NCBI GenBank assembly: GCA_020725105.1
Contig: DYFQ01000007.1
Coordinates: forward strand, 2,106-66,105
DNA length: 64,000 nucleotides
Reading direction: 5' to 3'
Source: Symbiobacterium thermophilum
GTDB taxonomy: Bacteria; Bacillota; Sulfobacillia; DYFQ01
The number at the start of each line of letters is the position of its first letter. Position 1 is the stretch's first letter. The translations under genes and the position numbers were made by a program. Shown piece by piece: positions 18,153-28,425 of this stretch. The notes under the pieces are model-generated. The model saw only the letters and a program-made list of their open reading frames with translations. It did no database searches and was not told the origin of the DNA.

Positions 18153-19308
18153 ACCGGCCGGCCAAGGTCCCGGCGGCGGACGCCGGGAGCGGGCCGGCTT
18201 TGGCTGCCCCGCCTGCGGGCGCCGCTACCGGTGGGGCGACACCGCGTGGCGCTGCGCCTGCGGTAGCGCCCTGGACTACCTCGGGCGTCCCGAGCCGGGC
18301 GCCTTCGCGCCCGAGCGACTGGCGGCGGCCGGACCGACCCTGTGGCGGTACGCGGGGGCCCTGCCCCCACTGGACCCCGACGCAGTCACCAGCCTGGGAG
18401 AGGCGATGACCCCCCTGGTCCGGGTGACCGGTCCGCTGGCGGGAGACCTGCGCCTGTACCACAAGGTGGATTACTGCCTGCCCACCGGGTCCTTCAAGGA
18501 CCGGGGCACGGCGGTGATGATCAGCTACCTCCACCAGCAGGGCGTGACCGAGGTCGTCGAGGACTCTTCGGGCAACGCCGGCGCCTCGACCGCGGCCTAC
18601 GCCGCCCGGGCCGGGATGGCCTGCACCATCCTGGTGCCCCGGGGAGCTTCCGGCCCCAAGCTCAGCCAGATCGCCGCCACCGGCGCCCGGGTGGTGGAAG
18701 TGCCGGGAACGCGCGAGGACACCGCCCGCGCCGCCCTGGCCGCGGCGGAGCGGGTCACCTACGCCGGCCACAACTGGCAGCCCCTCTTCATCGAGGGGGT
18801 GAAGACGGTCGCCTTCGAGATCTGGGAGCAACTGGGCCGCCGGGCCCCGGACGCCCTGGTGGTGCCGCTGGGCTACGGCAGCCTGGTGCTGGGGGCCTTC
18901 GCCGGCTTTGGCCAGTTGCTTCAGGCCGGGCTGGTGACCAGGCTTCCCCGGCTGCTGGGCGTCCAGGCCGCGGCCTGCGCGCCGGTGGCCGCCGCGCTGG
19001 CGGCCGGCCTGGCCGACGTACCGGCCGTGCAAGGCGGCCCCACCGCCGCCGAGGGAGTGGCGTGCCGGCGCCCGGTCCGCGGCCGGGCGCTCCTCGACGC
19101 CGTGCGCCGGTCCGGTGGCTGGGTGACAACGGTGTCGGAGGGGGACATCCAGGCCGCCCGCCAGCGGCTGGCCCGGGCGGGCTGGTACGTGGAACCGACC
19201 GGCGCCGTAGCCTCCGCCGGCCTGGGGGCGCTCGCCGCCGAGGGCCGGCTGGCGCCGGGCGAGACGGTGGTGGTGGTGCTGACCGGTTCCGGCCTGAAGA
19301 CCAGGTAA
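18145..19308 (+). CDS. Threonine synthase family protein, paralogue 2
   Basis: PTGSFKDRG, EDSSGNAG, EGVKTVAFEI and LTGSGLK motifs; overlaps the ilvE stop. Confidence 0.85.
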   Translation: MAEPAGQGPGGGRRERAGFGCPACGRRYRWGDTAWRCACGSALDYLGRPEPGAFAPERLAAAGPTLWRYAGALPPLDPDAVTSLGEAMTPLVRVTGPLAGDLRLYHKVDYCLPTGSFKDRGTAVMISYLHQQGVTEVVEDSSGNAGASTAAYAARAGMACTILVPRGASGPKLSQIAATGARVVEVPGTREDTARAALAAAERVTYAGHNWQPLFIEGVKTVAFEIWEQLGRRAPDALVVPLGYGSLVLGAFAGFGQLLQAGLVTRLPRLLGVQAAACAPVAAALAAGLADVPAVQGGPTAAEGVACRRPVRGRALLDAVRRSGGWVTTVSEGDIQAARQRLARAGWYVEPTGAVASAGLGALAAEGRLAPGETVVVVLTGSGLKTR

Positions 19309-19345
19309 GCTCTTACTTGATTTTCTGACCTCTGATGACCCTTAC

Positions 19346-19352
19346 TGTCGAA
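19346..19352 (+). promoter_or_regulatory. Possible Spo0A box upstream of the dcw cluster
   Basis: Exact TGTCGAA in an intergenic region; a single 7-mer can occur by chance. Confidence 0.3.
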
Positions 19353-19681
19353 AGGCCCCGCTGCCCGCGCCATGGTGACGGGCGAGGCCGACTCCGGGGG
19401 CCACCGATCGCGGCCGGCTCAGCCAGGCTGGACAAACTCCCCGAACCAAGGGCGCCCGGGGCTTCCATCCCTGCTCAAGCCCGTTTCGTTACCGCCCGTG
19501 CCTCACCCGTCCCCGCTGATCCGCCAACCGTTCGGCGGGTCCCGTCGGTTTCTGGCATCACCGATAGTCCATGCTGCCAGAATATGCCAGTTGACGGCGG
19601 GGGCGCGACATCAATTTTTTCTTAAATTTCCAGTCGGCACCGGCAGGAATCCGGTCCGGCGCAGCGAACCAGGGGGGGCAG

Positions 19682-19707
19682 GTGGAGCAGGGTGGGGAGA
19701 AGTGGTG
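19682..19707 (+). promoter_or_regulatory. MraZ-binding repeats
   Basis: GTGGAG, GTGGGG and GTGGTG at a 10-bp period upstream of mraZ. Confidence 0.8.
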
Positions 19708-19780
19708 AGATTGAACCCCCCGGCTCCCCTGCGGCGCCAGCCCCCGGGCGTCCCGAGCCCGGCAAGACGGGAAGCGGGCC

Positions 19781-20210
19781 ATGTTCATCGGGGAGTACCA
19801 GCACGGGATCGACGACAAGGGCAGGCTGTTCATGCCGGCCAGGTTCCGGGAGACCCTGGGGGAGCGCTTCATCGTTACCAAAGGGCTTGATCAGTGTCTG
19901 TTCGCCTTCCCGCTGGCCGAGTGGCAGCGGCTGGAGGAGCGGTTGAAGGGCCTGTCTTTCACCCAGCGAGGCCCGGGCGTTTACCCGGATGTTCTTCGCC
20001 GGGGCGGCCGAGGTGGAGATGGACCGGCAGGGGAGGATCCTGATCCCCCCACACCTGCGGGAGTACGGTGGGCTGGAGAAGGAAGCGGTGGTCCTGGGTC
20101 TTTCCAGCCGGGTGGAGATCTGGGCCAGGGAAGTCTGGGAACGTTACAATGAACAGGCCGACGAGACATACGAGAGCGTGGCCGAGAAGATAGTGGACTT
20201 CGGCCTGTAG
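19781..20210 (+). pseudogene. mraZ: Division regulator MraZ, frameshifted near 19967 (or assembly error)
   Basis: [23 protein letters not shown] in one frame continues as [13 protein letters not shown]...DRQGRILIP...RVEIW in another. Confidence 0.85.
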
Positions 20211-20532
20211 CCCCTTGGGTTGGGGTTTGAGGACAACGGGTTGAGGGGTTGCCACCTACACCTCCCTGCGGGGAACGAGGGGGTTCCCTTTCCGAGAGTC
20301 CTGTCCCTGCCGCACCAGGGACGGCCCAAGGCGGTGATCGGCGGTGGCCAGTTCTTGGAGGCAAGGCATCGGCGACGCACACCCCGCCCAGCCGGACGCC
20401 GCCGGGCTGGACAACCAGCCGCCGCCTGGGGAAGGGAACCCCCGCACCCCCGGGCCCTGGAGACCGGGAGTGCCGCGGGGCGCCACGGAGCCGCGAATGG
20501 CTCTGGCGGTGGCGCCCCGAGTGGAGGTGACC

Positions 20533-21474
20533 GTGGTGGAGTACCGGCACACCCCGGTACTCCTGGAACCGGCGCTACTGTGGCTGCGGCCGCCGCCCGG
20601 GGGGACGGTGGTGGACTGCACCGCGGGCGGTGGGGGGCACACCCGGGCCATCGCCACCAAGGTCGGCCCCCAGGGCCGCGTGGTGGCCATCGACCGCGAC
20701 GCGGACGCGGTGGCCACGGCCAGGGCCGCCCTGGCCGACCTGGGCGAACGGATCAGTTTCGTGCACGGTGACTTCCGCCACCTGGCGGACATCCTGGCCG
20801 ACCTCGGCATCGAGAAGGTGGACGGCGTCCTGATGGACCTGGGACCCTCGGCTTACCAGCTGGAGACGGCGGAGCGCGGCTTCAGCTACCAGGCTGACGG
20901 ACCGCTGGACATGCGGATGGACCGGCGGATCCCGACCACCGCCGCCGACCTGGTGAACGGGCTCGACCAGCGCGAACTGGAGCGGATCATCAGGGACTAC
21001 GGCGAGGAGCGGTGGGCCTCGCGGATCGCCGGCTTCATCGTGCAGGCGCGGGCCCGCCGGCCGCTGGAGACCACCGGGCAACTGGTGGAGGTCATCAAGG
21101 CGGCCATTCCGGCCGCCGCCAGGCGGCAGGGGCCCCACCCCGCCCGCCGCACCTTTCAGGCGTTGCGGATCGCGGTCAACGACGAGCTGGGCGCCCTCGA
21201 GGCGGGGCTCCAGGCCGCCATCGCCGCGCTGCTGCCGGGGGGCCGGGTCTGCGTCATCAGTTTTCACTCGCTGGAGGACCGTCTGGTCAAGCAAACGTTC
21301 CTGGCGTACGGGCGCGGGGAGCCGGACCCGCGGCAGGCGGAGGCCGGCAACGGCGGCGAGCGACCCAGGCTGAGGATTCTCACCAGAAAGCCGGTCCGGC
21401 CGTCCGACGCCGAGGTGCTCCATAACCCTCGCGCCCGTTCCGCCAGGTTGCGGGCAGCCGAACGGACCGGCTGA
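20533..21474 (+). CDS. rsmH: 16S rRNA m4C1402 methyltransferase
   Basis: HTPVLL, DCTAGGGGH, ERGFSY, PLDMRMD, FQALRIAVNDEL and NPRARSARLR motifs. Confidence 0.95.
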   Translation: MVEYRHTPVLLEPALLWLRPPPGGTVVDCTAGGGGHTRAIATKVGPQGRVVAIDRDADAVATARAALADLGERISFVHGDFRHLADILADLGIEKVDGVLMDLGPSAYQLETAERGFSYQADGPLDMRMDRRIPTTAADLVNGLDQRELERIIRDYGEERWASRIAGFIVQARARRPLETTGQLVEVIKAAIPAAARRQGPHPARRTFQALRIAVNDELGALEAGLQAAIAALLPGGRVCVISFHSLEDRLVKQTFLAYGRGEPDPRQAEAGNGGERPRLRILTRKPVRPSDAEVLHNPRARSARLRAAERTG

Positions 21475-21508
21475 AGCCCGTACTACCTCGGGAGGGAGGC
21501 GAATACCC

Positions 21509-22027
21509 ATGGTTGCAGCCCAGCCGTCCATCGCGCCAATCGGCCATGGCCAGACCGGGGCGATGGGAATCCCGCTGGACAGGGCCCGGCTCTCAAGGGG
21601 GGTGAGCGCCGGCCCCGCAGGCAAGCTGATGTCGCTCGCCCTGGTGCTGCTCGGGGTCGCCCTGGCCATGGCCTTCACGTTCAGGGCGGCGGTTTTCGCC
21701 CAGCTAGGATATGAGGTCGCCTCCCTCACGGAAGAACTCGCGGCGGTGGAGAACGAGCACCGCCGCTTAAAACTGGAAATCGCGCGCCTGACCGACCTGG
21801 AGCGGGTCGAACGGGAGGCAATGCGGCTTGGCCTCGTCCGGCCCGCCGAGGTCCGCCTGGTGGCCCTCGGCCCCGAGCCGCCCGGCCCGTCGCTGGCCGA
21901 GGCCCGCCGGGCCAGGCTGGACGCCAGGCCGGGCATGGGAAGGGAGGTGGGCTGGTTCGAGCGGGCCGGCACCTGGCTGGCCAGGCTGATCATGGGCGGC
22001 GGGCCGGCCGACGCCCAGATCCGGTAG
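21509..22027 (+). CDS. ftsL: FtsL-like cell division protein
   Basis: Single TM plus coiled coil ending RVEREAMRLGL; lies between rsmH and the PBP gene. Confidence 0.75.
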   Translation: MVAAQPSIAPIGHGQTGAMGIPLDRARLSRGVSAGPAGKLMSLALVLLGVALAMAFTFRAAVFAQLGYEVASLTEELAAVENEHRRLKLEIARLTDLERVEREAMRLGLVRPAEVRLVALGPEPPGPSLAEARRARLDARPGMGREVGWFERAGTWLARLIMGGGPADAQIR

Positions 22028-22079
22028 GGCACCGCCGGACCTCCCGGGGACACCCCGCGAAAGGAATGAGACCGACCGC

Positions 22080-24194
22080 GTGAGCGTGGTGAACCTGAGG
22101 AAGCGGACTGTCCTGCTCTTTTGTATCGTCCTGGCGGCGCTCGTGACGCTGGCCGGCCGGCTGGCTTGGCTCCAGTTCTACCACGGAGAGAGTCTGCGCC
22201 AGAAGGCGGTCGAGAGCCGGACCCGGGAGGTCCCCATCGAGGCCAAGCGGGGCACCATCTACGACCGCGCCGGCCGCCCCCTGGCCATCAGCGTCAACGT
22301 GGACTCCGTCTTCGCCATCCCACCCCAGGTCCGGGACGCCGAGGCCACGGCGCGCCAGGTGGCGGACATCCTGGGCCTGTCCTACGAAGACGCCCTCTAC
22401 CGCCTGACCAGGGACCGGGCCTTTGTGTGGCTTGCCCGCAAGGTGGATGAGGAGGCGGCCCAAAAGCTCAAGCTGCTCAGGTTACCGGGCATCGGCTTCA
22501 CCCAGGAGGCCAGGCGGTTCTACCCCCACGACCGGCTGGCGGCCCACGTGCTCGGGGTGGTCGGGACCGACCCCGTGGGCCTGGAGGGCATCGAGGTCAC
22601 CTACGACAGCTACCTGAGGGGGATCCCCGGCAAGATCGTCGTCGAGTACGACGCCCGCGGCCGGACCATTCCCCAGGCGATGCACAAGTACTTTCCGCCT
22701 CAGGACGGGATGAGCCTGGTCCTGTGTCTGGACCAGGCCATCCAGTACATGGTCGAGCGGGAACTGGACCGGATCCAGGCCGAGTTCTCGCCGAAACGGG
22801 CCGGCATCGTCGTGATGGAGGTCAAGACCGGCTGCATCCTGGCCATGGGCCAGCGGCCGACCTACGACGCCAACCGCTGGTCCGAGGCACCGCTGGAGGT
22901 TCGCCGCAACTGGCTGATCTCCGACAGCTACCCGCCGGGTTCCACCTTCAAGCCCTTCACGCTGGCGGCGGCCGTTGAAGCGGGGGTGGTCAAGTGGACC
23001 GACCGCTTCTTCGATCCCGGCTCCATCGCCGTCCCGGGCAAGCGGGTTCGCTGCTGGAAGGCGGGCGGCCACGGCAGCCAGGACGCCACCGAAGCCCTGG
23101 TGAACTCGTGCAACGTGGCACTGGTCCAGATGGGCCTGCGGCTGGGGCCCGACCGCTTCGCCGAGTACTACTTCAGGTTCGGCCTCGGTGAACCGACCGG
23201 CATCGACCTGCCGGGAGAGGCCGTGGGGCTGTTCATACCGGCCGGCCAGATGCGCCAGGTTGACCTGGCGGTCATGTCCTTCGGCCAGACCCTCACCGTG
23301 ACCCCCATCCAGATGCTGATGGGCATCAACACCATCGCCAACGACGGGCTGCTGGTCCGGCCCCACCTGCTGAAAGAGGTCCGCTCGCCCGAGGGAGACC
23401 TGCTCCTGACCTACCAGGGCCCGCCGCCCCGGCAGGTCCTCTCGCCGGAGACGGCCCGGGAGATGCGCCGGGCCATGGAGGAGGTGGTCCGGGAAGGTAC
23501 CGGACGGACCACCTACCTGGCCGGACACCGCCTGGCCGGCAAGACCGGCACCTCTCAGAAGGTGATGGGCGGGGTGGTGTCCAGCCAGGCGCACATCGCC
23601 TCCTTCGCCGGTTTCGGGCCGGCCGACGATCCCGTGGTCTCGGCCATCGTGGTGGCGGACGAACCGCAGGGTTCCATGTACGGCGGCCAGGTCGCCGCCC
23701 CGGCGTTTGGCCGGTTGATGTACGACATCTACCGGTACCTCGACGTGGCCCTGCGGCCCGACGAGCCGCCCAAGCGGCGGACCCTGCCTCCCGTGGTCGA
23801 CCTGGCCCCCGACGTTGAGGTGGTCGAGGTCCCTTCGGTGGCGGGGCTGCCGTCGGAGGAAGCGCGCAAGGTTCTGCACCAGGCCGGGCTGGCCGTCCGG
23901 CTGGAGGGTGAGGGACCGGTGGCGGTGGACCAGTGGCCTCCCGCGGGTGCCACCGTGCCGGAGCAGACCGCCGTCGTCGTCAAGCAAGGTCCTGCCGCCG
24001 GCGAGGACGATCTGGTGGTGGTGCCGAACCTCGAGGGCAGGACGATGCGAGAGGTTGGGGAGATCCTGAACCGGCTGGGACTTCGCTTCAGCCCGAAAGG
24101 CAGTGGCCTGGCCTGGGCCCAGGACCCGGCCCCCGGGGTCCTGATCCGGCCGGGAGGGGTGGTGGAGGTGGAGTTCCGGCCGCCGACCGATTGA
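22080..24194 (+). CDS. spoVD: Class B PBP (SpoVD/FtsI) with two PASTA domains
   Basis: RGTIYDR, PGSTFK (SxxK), SCN and GKTGT motifs; C-terminal PASTA repeats. Confidence 0.9.
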   Translation: MSVVNLRKRTVLLFCIVLAALVTLAGRLAWLQFYHGESLRQKAVESRTREVPIEAKRGTIYDRAGRPLAISVNVDSVFAIPPQVRDAEATARQVADILGLSYEDALYRLTRDRAFVWLARKVDEEAAQKLKLLRLPGIGFTQEARRFYPHDRLAAHVLGVVGTDPVGLEGIEVTYDSYLRGIPGKIVVEYDARGRTIPQAMHKYFPPQDGMSLVLCLDQAIQYMVERELDRIQAEFSPKRAGIVVMEVKTGCILAMGQRPTYDANRWSEAPLEVRRNWLISDSYPPGSTFKPFTLAAAVEAGVVKWTDRFFDPGSIAVPGKRVRCWKAGGHGSQDATEALVNSCNVALVQMGLRLGPDRFAEYYFRFGLGEPTGIDLPGEAVGLFIPAGQMRQVDLAVMSFGQTLTVTPIQMLMGINTIANDGLLVRPHLLKEVRSPEGDLLLTYQGPPPRQVLSPETAREMRRAMEEVVREGTGRTTYLAGHRLAGKTGTSQKVMGGVVSSQAHIASFAGFGPADDPVVSAIVVADEPQGSMYGGQVAAPAFGRLMYDIYRYLDVALRPDEPPKRRTLPPVVDLAPDVEVVEVPSVAGLPSEEARKVLHQAGLAVRLEGEGPVAVDQWPPAGATVPEQTAVVVKQGPAAGEDDLVVVPNLEGRTMREVGEILNRLGLRFSPKGSGLAWAQDPAPGVLIRPGGVVEVEFRPPTD

Positions 24195-24289
24195 CGGTCG
24201 GGGCGTCGTCCCCATACTGTCCAGAAATGGCATAATCCCCCAGCAGGGCGCAAAGACTAGCAGGGCTGGGGGAAGGAGCGTGGGTCGGT

Positions 24290-25963
24290 TTGTTACTCGA
24301 GGAACTCGTCGCTGCCCTTCCCTTTCACAGGACTTCCGGCCGTACCGATCTGGAGATCCGGGGCATCGCGTACGACTCCCGGCGTTGCGCGCCGGGCTAC
24401 CTGTTCGTGGCCTGGCGCGGCTTCGTCCACGACGGGCACGACTTCGTCGGCGAGGCCCACGCCCGGGGTGCCGTGGCGGCCTGCGTGGAGCGGGAGATCA
24501 GGGTGCCGGCGGGCATGACCCGCCTGGTGGTCCCGGACGCCAGGGCGGCCCTGGGCTATCTGGCCAGCGCCTTCTACGGCCATCCCGCCAAGAAGATGCG
24601 GCTGATCGGGGTCACGGGAACCAACGGCAAGACCACCACGACCTATCTGGTGCGGAGCGTGCTCGCGGCCGCCGGCAAGAAGACCGGGCTGATCGGCACC
24701 GTGCAATACCTGGTGGGGGACAAGGAGTACCCCGTGGTCCGGACCACGCCCGAATCCCTCGACCTCCAGCGGATGCTGGACGAGATGGCCCGGGCCTTCA
24801 CCGAGGCGGTGGTCATGGAGGTATCGTCCCACGCCCTGTGGCTGCACCGGGTGGTCGGGTGCGAGTTCGACGCGGGCGTGTTCACCAACCTGAGCCAGGA
24901 CCACCTGGAACACCACCAGACCATGGAGCGCTACCTGCAGGCCAAGAGCCTGCTCTTCGAAACGCTGGGCAGCAGTTACTGGGGTCCGCCCAAGGCCGGG
25001 CCCAAGGTGGCGGTGCTCAACGCCGACGACCCGGCGTCCCAGTACATCGCCGAGCGGACGCCGGCCCGGGTGATGTGGTACGGCCTCCGGGAGGGGGCGC
25101 AGGTGCGGGGGGAGGACGTGGTGGTCACCCCCCGGGGGGTCCGCTTCGTGGCGGTGACCCCCGCCGGGCGCTTGCCCCTGGAGCTCGCGCTGACCGGCCG
25201 GTTCAACGCCTACAACGCCCTGGCGGCGGTGGCGGTCGGTCTGGCCGAAGGGGTGCCCCTGGACGCCATCCGGCGCGGGCTGGAGGCCGTCCGCGGCGTT
25301 CCCGGCCGGTTCGAGGCGGTGGACGAGGGACAGGACTTCGCGGTGGTGGTGGATTACGCCCACACGCCTGACGGGCTGGAGAACGTGCTGCAGACGGCGA
25401 GGGAGCTCACCCGGGGCCGGGTGATCGCCGTCTTCGGCGCCGGCGGCGACAGGGACCGGACCAAGCGGCCGCTCATGGGCGAGGCGGCGGGGCGCCTGTC
25501 GGACGTGGTGGTGCTGACCTCGGACAACCCGCGTTCGGAGGACCCCACCTCGATCCTGCGGGACATCGAGGCCGGGCTGGCCAGGGTCCGGAAACGGGGG
25601 GACTACCACCTGGTGGTGGACCGGAAGGAAGCAATCTCCAGGGCCATCCGGATGGCCCGGACCGGCGACCTGGTGCTCATCGCGGGCAAGGGCCACGAGA
25701 CGTACCAGATTTTCCACGACCGGACGGTCCCGTTCGACGACCGCGAGGTGGCCAGGCAGGTCCTCCGGCGGCTCCGGCGGCGGGGGCGGCGGTCCGAAGG
25801 CGGCCGGCGCACCCGGCGCCGGGGCGGCGGCAAGGGGGGGCGGAGCTCGGGCCCGGCGGCCGGCAGCGGCGCGGCCGAGACCGCCACCGGCACCGGTCCG
25901 GCCGGCAACGGCGCGGCAACCGGCGAGCCGGCGGGGAACGGAAGCCAGGCCGGAGTGGGGTGA
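24290..25963 (+). CDS. murE: UDP-MurNAc-tripeptide synthetase (meso-DAP type)
   Basis: GVTGTNGKTT, TTPES, EVSSH, DYAHTPD, DNPR and GKGHE motifs; low-complexity C-terminal tail. Confidence 0.95.
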   Translation: MLLEELVAALPFHRTSGRTDLEIRGIAYDSRRCAPGYLFVAWRGFVHDGHDFVGEAHARGAVAACVEREIRVPAGMTRLVVPDARAALGYLASAFYGHPAKKMRLIGVTGTNGKTTTTYLVRSVLAAAGKKTGLIGTVQYLVGDKEYPVVRTTPESLDLQRMLDEMARAFTEAVVMEVSSHALWLHRVVGCEFDAGVFTNLSQDHLEHHQTMERYLQAKSLLFETLGSSYWGPPKAGPKVAVLNADDPASQYIAERTPARVMWYGLREGAQVRGEDVVVTPRGVRFVAVTPAGRLPLELALTGRFNAYNALAAVAVGLAEGVPLDAIRRGLEAVRGVPGRFEAVDEGQDFAVVVDYAHTPDGLENVLQTARELTRGRVIAVFGAGGDRDRTKRPLMGEAAGRLSDVVVLTSDNPRSEDPTSILRDIEAGLARVRKRGDYHLVVDRKEAISRAIRMARTGDLVLIAGKGHETYQIFHDRTVPFDDREVARQVLRRLRRRGRRSEGGRRTRRRGGGKGGRSSGPAAGSGAAETATGTGPAGNGAATGEPAGNGSQAGVG

Positions 25964-27444
25964 CGGGCGTGCTCTTCACGGTGGGGGAGGTCGCCCGGGT
26001 GACCGCCGGCCGCCTGGTGTCGGGACCGGCCGGGGCCTGCATCGCCGGGGTGAAGGTGGACAGCCGGGCGGTAGGTCCCGGCGACCTGTTCGTGGCCATT
26101 CCCGGCCAGCGCACCGACGGGCACCTCTTCGTCGGGGACGCGGCCCGCCGGGGCGCGAGCGCCGCCCTGGTCATCCGGTGGCCGCCGGACGGCGAGGCGG
26201 ACCCACCGCCTGGAGCCGCCGAGGGGCTGGCCGTCGTCGTGGTGGACAACACCGTCGCCGCCCTGGGCCGGCTGGCGGCCAGCCACCGCCGGCGCTTCGC
26301 CGGCCTGCGGGTGGTGGGGATCACCGGCAGCGTCGGCAAGACCACCACCAAGGACATGGCCGCCGCCGTGCTCGCGCGCCGGTACCGTACCGTGGCCACC
26401 GAGGGCAATCTCAACACCGACATCGGAGTGCCCCTGAGCCTGTTCCGGGTGGGGCCCGAGACCGAGGTGGCCGTCCTGGAACTGGCGATGCGGGGAAGGG
26501 GCCAGATAACCGAACTGGCCGCCATGGCCGCTCCCCAGGTGGGGGTCGTGACCAACGTGGGCGAGTCCCACCTGGAAGTGCTCGGCTCGGTCGAGGCCAT
26601 CGCCCGGGCCAAGGCTGAACTGGTCGAAGCGCTGCCGCCGGACGGAAGGGCGGTGCTGAACGGCGACGACCCCTGGTGCCGGTGGATGGCGGAGCGCTCG
26701 CCCGCCCCGGTGCTGTGGTTCGGCACGGCGGACGAGGCGGCCGGCGAGACCGCGGGCGACTGGGTGCGTGCCGACCGGATCAGGACGGCCGGCGCCCGGG
26801 TGACCTTCCGGCTGCTGGCCGGTGCTGAGCGGGCCGACGTGCGGCTTCCGGTGGCGGGGCGGCACAACGTGTCCAACGCCCTGGCCGCCGCGGCGGTCGG
26901 CCTGGCGCTGGACGTACCCTTGACCGACGTGGTCCGCGGCCTGGCCTCTTTCCGGCCCACGGCCATGCGGCTGGAGATCCTGGACGTCGGGTCGCTATTG
27001 TTGATCAACGACGCCTATAACGCCAGCCCCTCCTCCACCCGCGCGGCGCTGGAGGTGCTCCGGCGGGTGGGGGAGGGCCGGCGGCGGGTGGCCGTCCTTG
27101 GCGACATGCTGGAACTGGGGCCGGCGGAAACCGAGGCCCACCGCGCGGTGGGCAGGGAAGCGGCGGGCAGCCTGGACCTGCTGATCACCGTGGGCCGGCG
27201 AGCCGTGGAACTGGCCCGCGGCGCGCTGGAAGCCGGGCTGCCGCCTGACGCCGTCCGGCGCTGCGCCCAAAACGACGATGCCATCCTCGAGCTTCAGCAT
27301 GTTCTGCGTCCGGGCGACGCGGTACTGGTGAAGGGGTCCCGGGGCATGCGCATGGAGGAGATCGTGGCGGCCATCCACCGCCGCTGGGCGGGCTCGGCGG
27401 AGCGGGCCCCGGACGAACCGGGTGGCGGCCATGGCGCCGGCTGA
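25960..27444 (+). CDS. murF: UDP-MurNAc-pentapeptide ligase
   Basis: ITGSVGKTTTK, NDAYNASP, LGDMLELG and VKGSRG motifs. Confidence 0.95.
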   Translation: MTGVLFTVGEVARVTAGRLVSGPAGACIAGVKVDSRAVGPGDLFVAIPGQRTDGHLFVGDAARRGASAALVIRWPPDGEADPPPGAAEGLAVVVVDNTVAALGRLAASHRRRFAGLRVVGITGSVGKTTTKDMAAAVLARRYRTVATEGNLNTDIGVPLSLFRVGPETEVAVLELAMRGRGQITELAAMAAPQVGVVTNVGESHLEVLGSVEAIARAKAELVEALPPDGRAVLNGDDPWCRWMAERSPAPVLWFGTADEAAGETAGDWVRADRIRTAGARVTFRLLAGAERADVRLPVAGRHNVSNALAAAAVGLALDVPLTDVVRGLASFRPTAMRLEILDVGSLLLINDAYNASPSSTRAALEVLRRVGEGRRRVAVLGDMLELGPAETEAHRAVGREAAGSLDLLITVGRRAVELARGALEAGLPPDAVRRCAQNDDAILELQHVLRPGDAVLVKGSRGMRMEEIVAAIHRRWAGSAERAPDEPGGGHGAG

Positions 27445-28399
27445 GCCCCGGGTCCTGGCGGGGACCGCCTTCGTGGCCGCCCTGGTCCTGGGCCGGCTGC
27501 TCCTGCCGCTACTCCGCCGGCTGAAGCTCGGGCAGCAGGTGCGGGACCAGGGTCCGGCCCGGCACCGCAAGAAGGCGGGCACCCCGACCATGGGAGGGTT
27601 GATCTTCCTGCTGCCCGTGGCCGGCCTCGGGGCGCTTTCGCTGGGGGCCTTCCCCGAGGTGCGCCTGGCGCTCGTGGTGAGCCTGGGTTTTGGTGCCCTG
27701 GGGCTGGCGGATGACCTCCTGAAGGTGGTCTTTCACCGGCCACTGGGGCTGCGCGCCCGCTACAAGCTGGTGGTCCAGCTGGCGCTGGGCCTCCTGCTGG
27801 GTGTCGGCGCGCTGGCGCTGGGCCGGTCCAGCCTGGTGCAGGTACCCGTGCTTGGCCTCGACTGGGATCTGGGCCCGCTGTACGCGCCCTTCGCCGCGCT
27901 GGTGGTCATCGGCGCCGCCAACGCGGTCAACCTCGCCGACGGGCTGGACGGGCTGGTGGCCGGTTCGGCGATCCTGGCCTTTCTGGCCTACGTCATCCTG
28001 GCGGCGGGGGTCGGGGCACCGGCCCTGGCGGCCTTCGCGGGCCTGGTCGTGGGGGCGGTGGCCGGGTTTCTGCCCTACAATCTCCACCCGGCCCGGGTGT
28101 TCATGGGAGACACCGGGGCGCTGGGCCTGGGGGCCGCCCTGGGGGCGGTGGCCGTGCTGACCCGAACCGAACTGGTGCTACCGCTGCTGGGCGGGCTGTA
28201 CGTCCTGGAGGCCCTCTCAGTCATGGTCCAGGTGGCCGTGTTTCAGACCACCGGCCGGCGGGGGCTGCTGATGAGCCCGTTGCACCACCATTTCGAACTG
28301 GCTGGCTGGACGGAGGAACAGGTGGTCTACCGTTTCTGGGCGGCGGCGGCGGTATTTGCCCTGGTCGGACTGGCTGCCGCTCGGACGCTGTCCGGCTAG
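27431..28399 (+). CDS. mraY: Phospho-MurNAc-pentapeptide transferase
   Basis: KAGTPTMGG, NAVNLADGLDGL, FMGDTG and PLHHHFE motifs. Confidence 0.95.
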   Translation: MAPAEPRVLAGTAFVAALVLGRLLLPLLRRLKLGQQVRDQGPARHRKKAGTPTMGGLIFLLPVAGLGALSLGAFPEVRLALVVSLGFGALGLADDLLKVVFHRPLGLRARYKLVVQLALGLLLGVGALALGRSSLVQVPVLGLDWDLGPLYAPFAALVVIGAANAVNLADGLDGLVAGSAILAFLAYVILAAGVGAPALAAFAGLVVGAVAGFLPYNLHPARVFMGDTGALGLGAALGAVAVLTRTELVLPLLGGLYVLEALSVMVQVAVFQTTGRRGLLMSPLHHHFELAGWTEEQVVYRFWAAAAVFALVGLAAARTLSG

Positions 28400-28425
28400 C
28401 CGCCGGAGGGGAGGAGGCAGGCGAG

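Noticed and set aside
20249..20530. 93-aa ORF in the mraZ-rsmH spacer
   Set aside because: Pro/Gly/Arg-rich, no RBS, typical of spurious high-GC ORFs.
24208..24240. SigE-like promoter before murE (CATACT...CATAAT)
   Set aside because: The -10 match is too weak to call.
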